From contig CBDUKN010000009.1 in NCBI GenBank assembly GCA_965367815.1, positions 1-64,000 on the forward strand: 64,000 bases of DNA, in the 5' to 3' direction. Each line of letters begins with the position of its first letter. The stretch's first letter is position 1. Positions 61,708-64,000 of this stretch are shown here, one piece after another. The notes below the pieces were generated by a model. It searched no databases. It was not told the DNA's origin and worked only from the letters and a program-made list of their open reading frames with translations. The translations under genes and the position numbers were made by a program. The stretch comes from an uncultured Thermoprotei archaeon (GTDB lineage Archaea > Thermoproteota > Thermoprotei > Thermofilales > B15-G2).

Positions 61708-61754
61708 CTATTCACCAGAGTACATTTAGGTGCATAAGGAGTTATTAAATCTTT

Positions 61755-62591
61755 TCAGACAATATACCTTAGTTCTCCTAAGTAAGTACCGTCAGTTAAG
61801 TATATTTCTGCTGTATCCAAGTCAACTACTTGGTTTAAAAGAAATACACCAATTAATTCTTGAGGCCCCATATCTCTTCTATTAACCTTAATTCCTCCCA
61901 TCAATGGATTATATGCGGGAATAATAACCAGATATTTTGTCTTAGGTTCAAAACCGTACATTTCTTTAAAGAGCTTAATAGGATGCTCTATCTCTTTAAG
62001 TCCCTTATACCTTAGGTAGCTTTCAGCCAGTTTTTCAATTAAAACTCTGGCTTTTATCCATACAGGTTCTACTACTCTATACCCTGTAGGATCCCTCAAT
62101 TCTATTGTCGGATGACTGTGAGCAACAATTATTACTTCTGATGAAAACAGTTTAGGCGAAGGCCACGCATGGCCATGTATAAGCGATAACGGATTTCCCT
62201 TAGAATCTACAACTATTCTGCCTCTAGGAGAAACTAGCTCTATTTCTTCAGGTAATGCCTCTTCTATACCGCCATCGTGGTTTCCTGGAACAATACTTAC
62301 TCTAGCTCTATTTTTCAGAAGCGACAACATGTAATGCACCATTTTCGCTTCATAATGTCGAAAACCCACAACCGAGTGTTTAACATCGCCCAGCAAGACT
62401 AGTTCATCTATACCATTTTCTATAACATCTTTCGCGAGACTTTCAGTTATTTTTTTATATTGAAAAACTATCTTTATACCTTTATCAGCATATTCATATT
62501 CTACTCCAATATGTATATCTGCAACAATTCCTATTCTTCTGCTTTCTCCCTCTACTATCAGCATTTTATCGTTAAAAGAAATATCGTACAT
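61755..62591 (-). CDS. Calcineurin-like metallophosphoesterase
   Basis: ADIHIG, LGDVKH, GNHD, HGH, AHSHP. Confidence 0.9.
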   Translation of the reverse strand: MYDISFNDKMLIVEGESRRIGIVADIHIGVEYEYADKGIKIVFQYKKITESLAKDVIENGIDELVLLGDVKHSVVGFRHYEAKMVHYMLSLLKNRARVSIVPGNHDGGIEEALPEEIELVSPRGRIVVDSKGNPLSLIHGHAWPSPKLFSSEVIIVAHSHPTIELRDPTGYRVVEPVWIKARVLIEKLAESYLRYKGLKEIEHPIKLFKEMYGFEPKTKYLVIIPAYNPLMGGIKVNRRDMGPQELIGVFLLNQVVDLDTAEIYLTDGTYLGELRYIV

Positions 62592-62677
62592 TCTCTAGTG
62601 ATATAGCCTACCGTTATATCTATATTTTGCCTACTAAGACAAGTACGCTGATATATATTTTTAGAATTCTCTAACTA

Positions 62678-63040
62678 GTGTCCAGTCTAGATTTAATGAA
62701 AGCTAAAAGAGCTGTAGCTAGTAGAAGAGTATGGAAGATTGTAGTCGAAGACTCTCCTGAGTATTCACTATGGGTAGTTTATGGCCCTAAACTAAAAACA
62801 AGTCATATAGTTTTACCAGGTGTTCACTGTGACTGCTATGACTTTCTATTTAATGTAATCATACGAGGTAGAAAAAGTAAGTGTTACCATATTCTTGCAC
62901 AAGAAATAGCTGAATCACAAGGAAAATATCAAGTAGTTACTATGGATATAGCTACTTTAGCTAAATTTATTCTACTCCAAAAACTTAAAGGAAATATTAG
63001 CGTATGGGCTTTTAGAGCTCAACAGCAACTTCAGCTCTAG
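62678..63040 (+). CDS. SWIM zinc-finger protein
   Basis: CDC..F...CYH. Confidence 0.8.
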   Translation: MSSLDLMKAKRAVASRRVWKIVVEDSPEYSLWVVYGPKLKTSHIVLPGVHCDCYDFLFNVIIRGRKSKCYHILAQEIAESQGKYQVVTMDIATLAKFILLQKLKGNISVWAFRAQQQLQL

Positions 63041-63734
63041 TTTCGATTCTCTCTATCTTTCCGTCTCTGATGTATACTATTCTGTCGCTTACGTCGATCA
63101 TTTTTAAGTCGTGTGTAGCAGTAATGATAGTGACTCCCTTCTCTTTGTTGAGTGTCCTCATCAAGTTAATTATTTCAAGACCTGTGTTTAGGTCTAGGTT
63201 TCCTGTGGGCTCGTCTGCGAGAACAATAGCGGGGTCGTTTGCTAGAGCTCTAGCAATAGCAACTCTCTGCTGCTGACCACCAGAAAGCTCGCCCGGCTTG
63301 TGGTGAAGCCTATCACCTAGACCTACTGCTGTCAGTAGCTCTATAGCCTTCTTAATTCTCTGTTCTCTGGGTACGCCAGCGAATATCATGGGAAGCATTA
63401 CATTTTCCAGAGCTGTGAGTACTGGAATTAAGTTGAATGTTTGAAAGACATAGCCTATTTTTCTGCAGCGCAGCCATGCAAGCTCGTATGCGTCAAGCTT
63501 AGATATATCGACTTCATCTATGTAGACTTTTCCTCTCGTAGGCCTATCTAGACCTCCAATCATGTTAAATAGTGTTGTTTTCCCTGAGCCACTAGGCCCC
63601 ATTATTGACAAGTATTCTCCCCTTCTTACTCTGAGATTTATTCCGTCTAGCGCTTTGACAACATACTTACCCATATAGTAGTACTTCGCGAGATCTTCCG
63701 TTTCTACAGTATATTCATACCTCATGTACACCAC
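63012..63734 (-). CDS. ABC transporter ATP-binding protein (LolD/MacB type)
   Basis: GPSGSGKT, LSGGQQQR, LADEPTGNLD. Confidence 0.96.
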   Translation of the reverse strand: MVYMRYEYTVETEDLAKYYYMGKYVVKALDGINLRVRRGEYLSIMGPSGSGKTTLFNMIGGLDRPTRGKVYIDEVDISKLDAYELAWLRCRKIGYVFQTFNLIPVLTALENVMLPMIFAGVPREQRIKKAIELLTAVGLGDRLHHKPGELSGGQQQRVAIARALANDPAIVLADEPTGNLDLNTGLEIINLMRTLNKEKGVTIITATHDLKMIDVSDRIVYIRDGKIERIETRAEVAVEL

Positions 63735-63736
63735 CT

Positions 63737-64000
63737 TTAGACTTCAAATCTGAATGCTACAGCTGGCTCTAATTTAGCTCCCTTGTAAGCTGGATATAAA
63801 GATGCCGCTAGGCTTATACCGACTGCCACTACTAGCGATAGTATAAGTAAGGCTGGTGCAGTAGGCAGAGGCATAGGCAGAGTACGTAACGCAAAGAGCG
63901 CTGCTGAAATCGCTGCCATGCTTGCTCCCTGGAAAGCAACGCCATAGACTATTGCCGCTACTAATCCGGCTATATAGCCCACTAGGCCTCCGATAAGCCC
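63737..64000 (-). CDS. C-terminal part of an FtsX/MacB-type ABC permease (runs off the window)
   Basis: TM helices ending SLYPAYKGAKLEP. Confidence 0.85.
   Translation of the reverse strand, partial: GLIGGLVGYIAGLVAAIVYGVAFQGASMAAISAALFALRTLPMPLPTAPALLILSLVVAVGISLAASLYPAYKGAKLEPAVAFRFEV

Overview
Low-GC archaeal contig, most likely a crenactin-bearing Thermoproteota lineage (Thermofilum-like: arcade cluster, L38e/S26e, PolB3, tRNAs with non-canonical and double introns). Bases 1-47 are Illumina Nextera adapter. Most of the window is core machinery for translation, replication, tRNA modification and pyrimidine synthesis, with 10 tRNA genes and several unannotated guide-RNA candidates. There is a complete crenactin/arcadin cluster flanked by two KaiC-like ATPases and an unannotated CdrS-like ribbon-helix-helix (RHH) gene. 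Two related tRNA-targeting elements are present: one with an intact integrase at tRNA-Met (left edge) and a decayed one at tRNA-Arg(TCT) (~48.75-54 kb). They share a 14-bp post-tRNA motif and a GTTGCC..GGCAAC palindrome. The best candidate for a new system is an RHH protein in the decayed element that carries a near-copy of the host arcadin-2 C-terminal crenactin-binding peptide (DNPW motif). The second candidate is a DUF3800-like RNase H-fold gene facing a convergent, structured ~100-nt RNA. All calls come from motif recognition by eye; no database searches were run.
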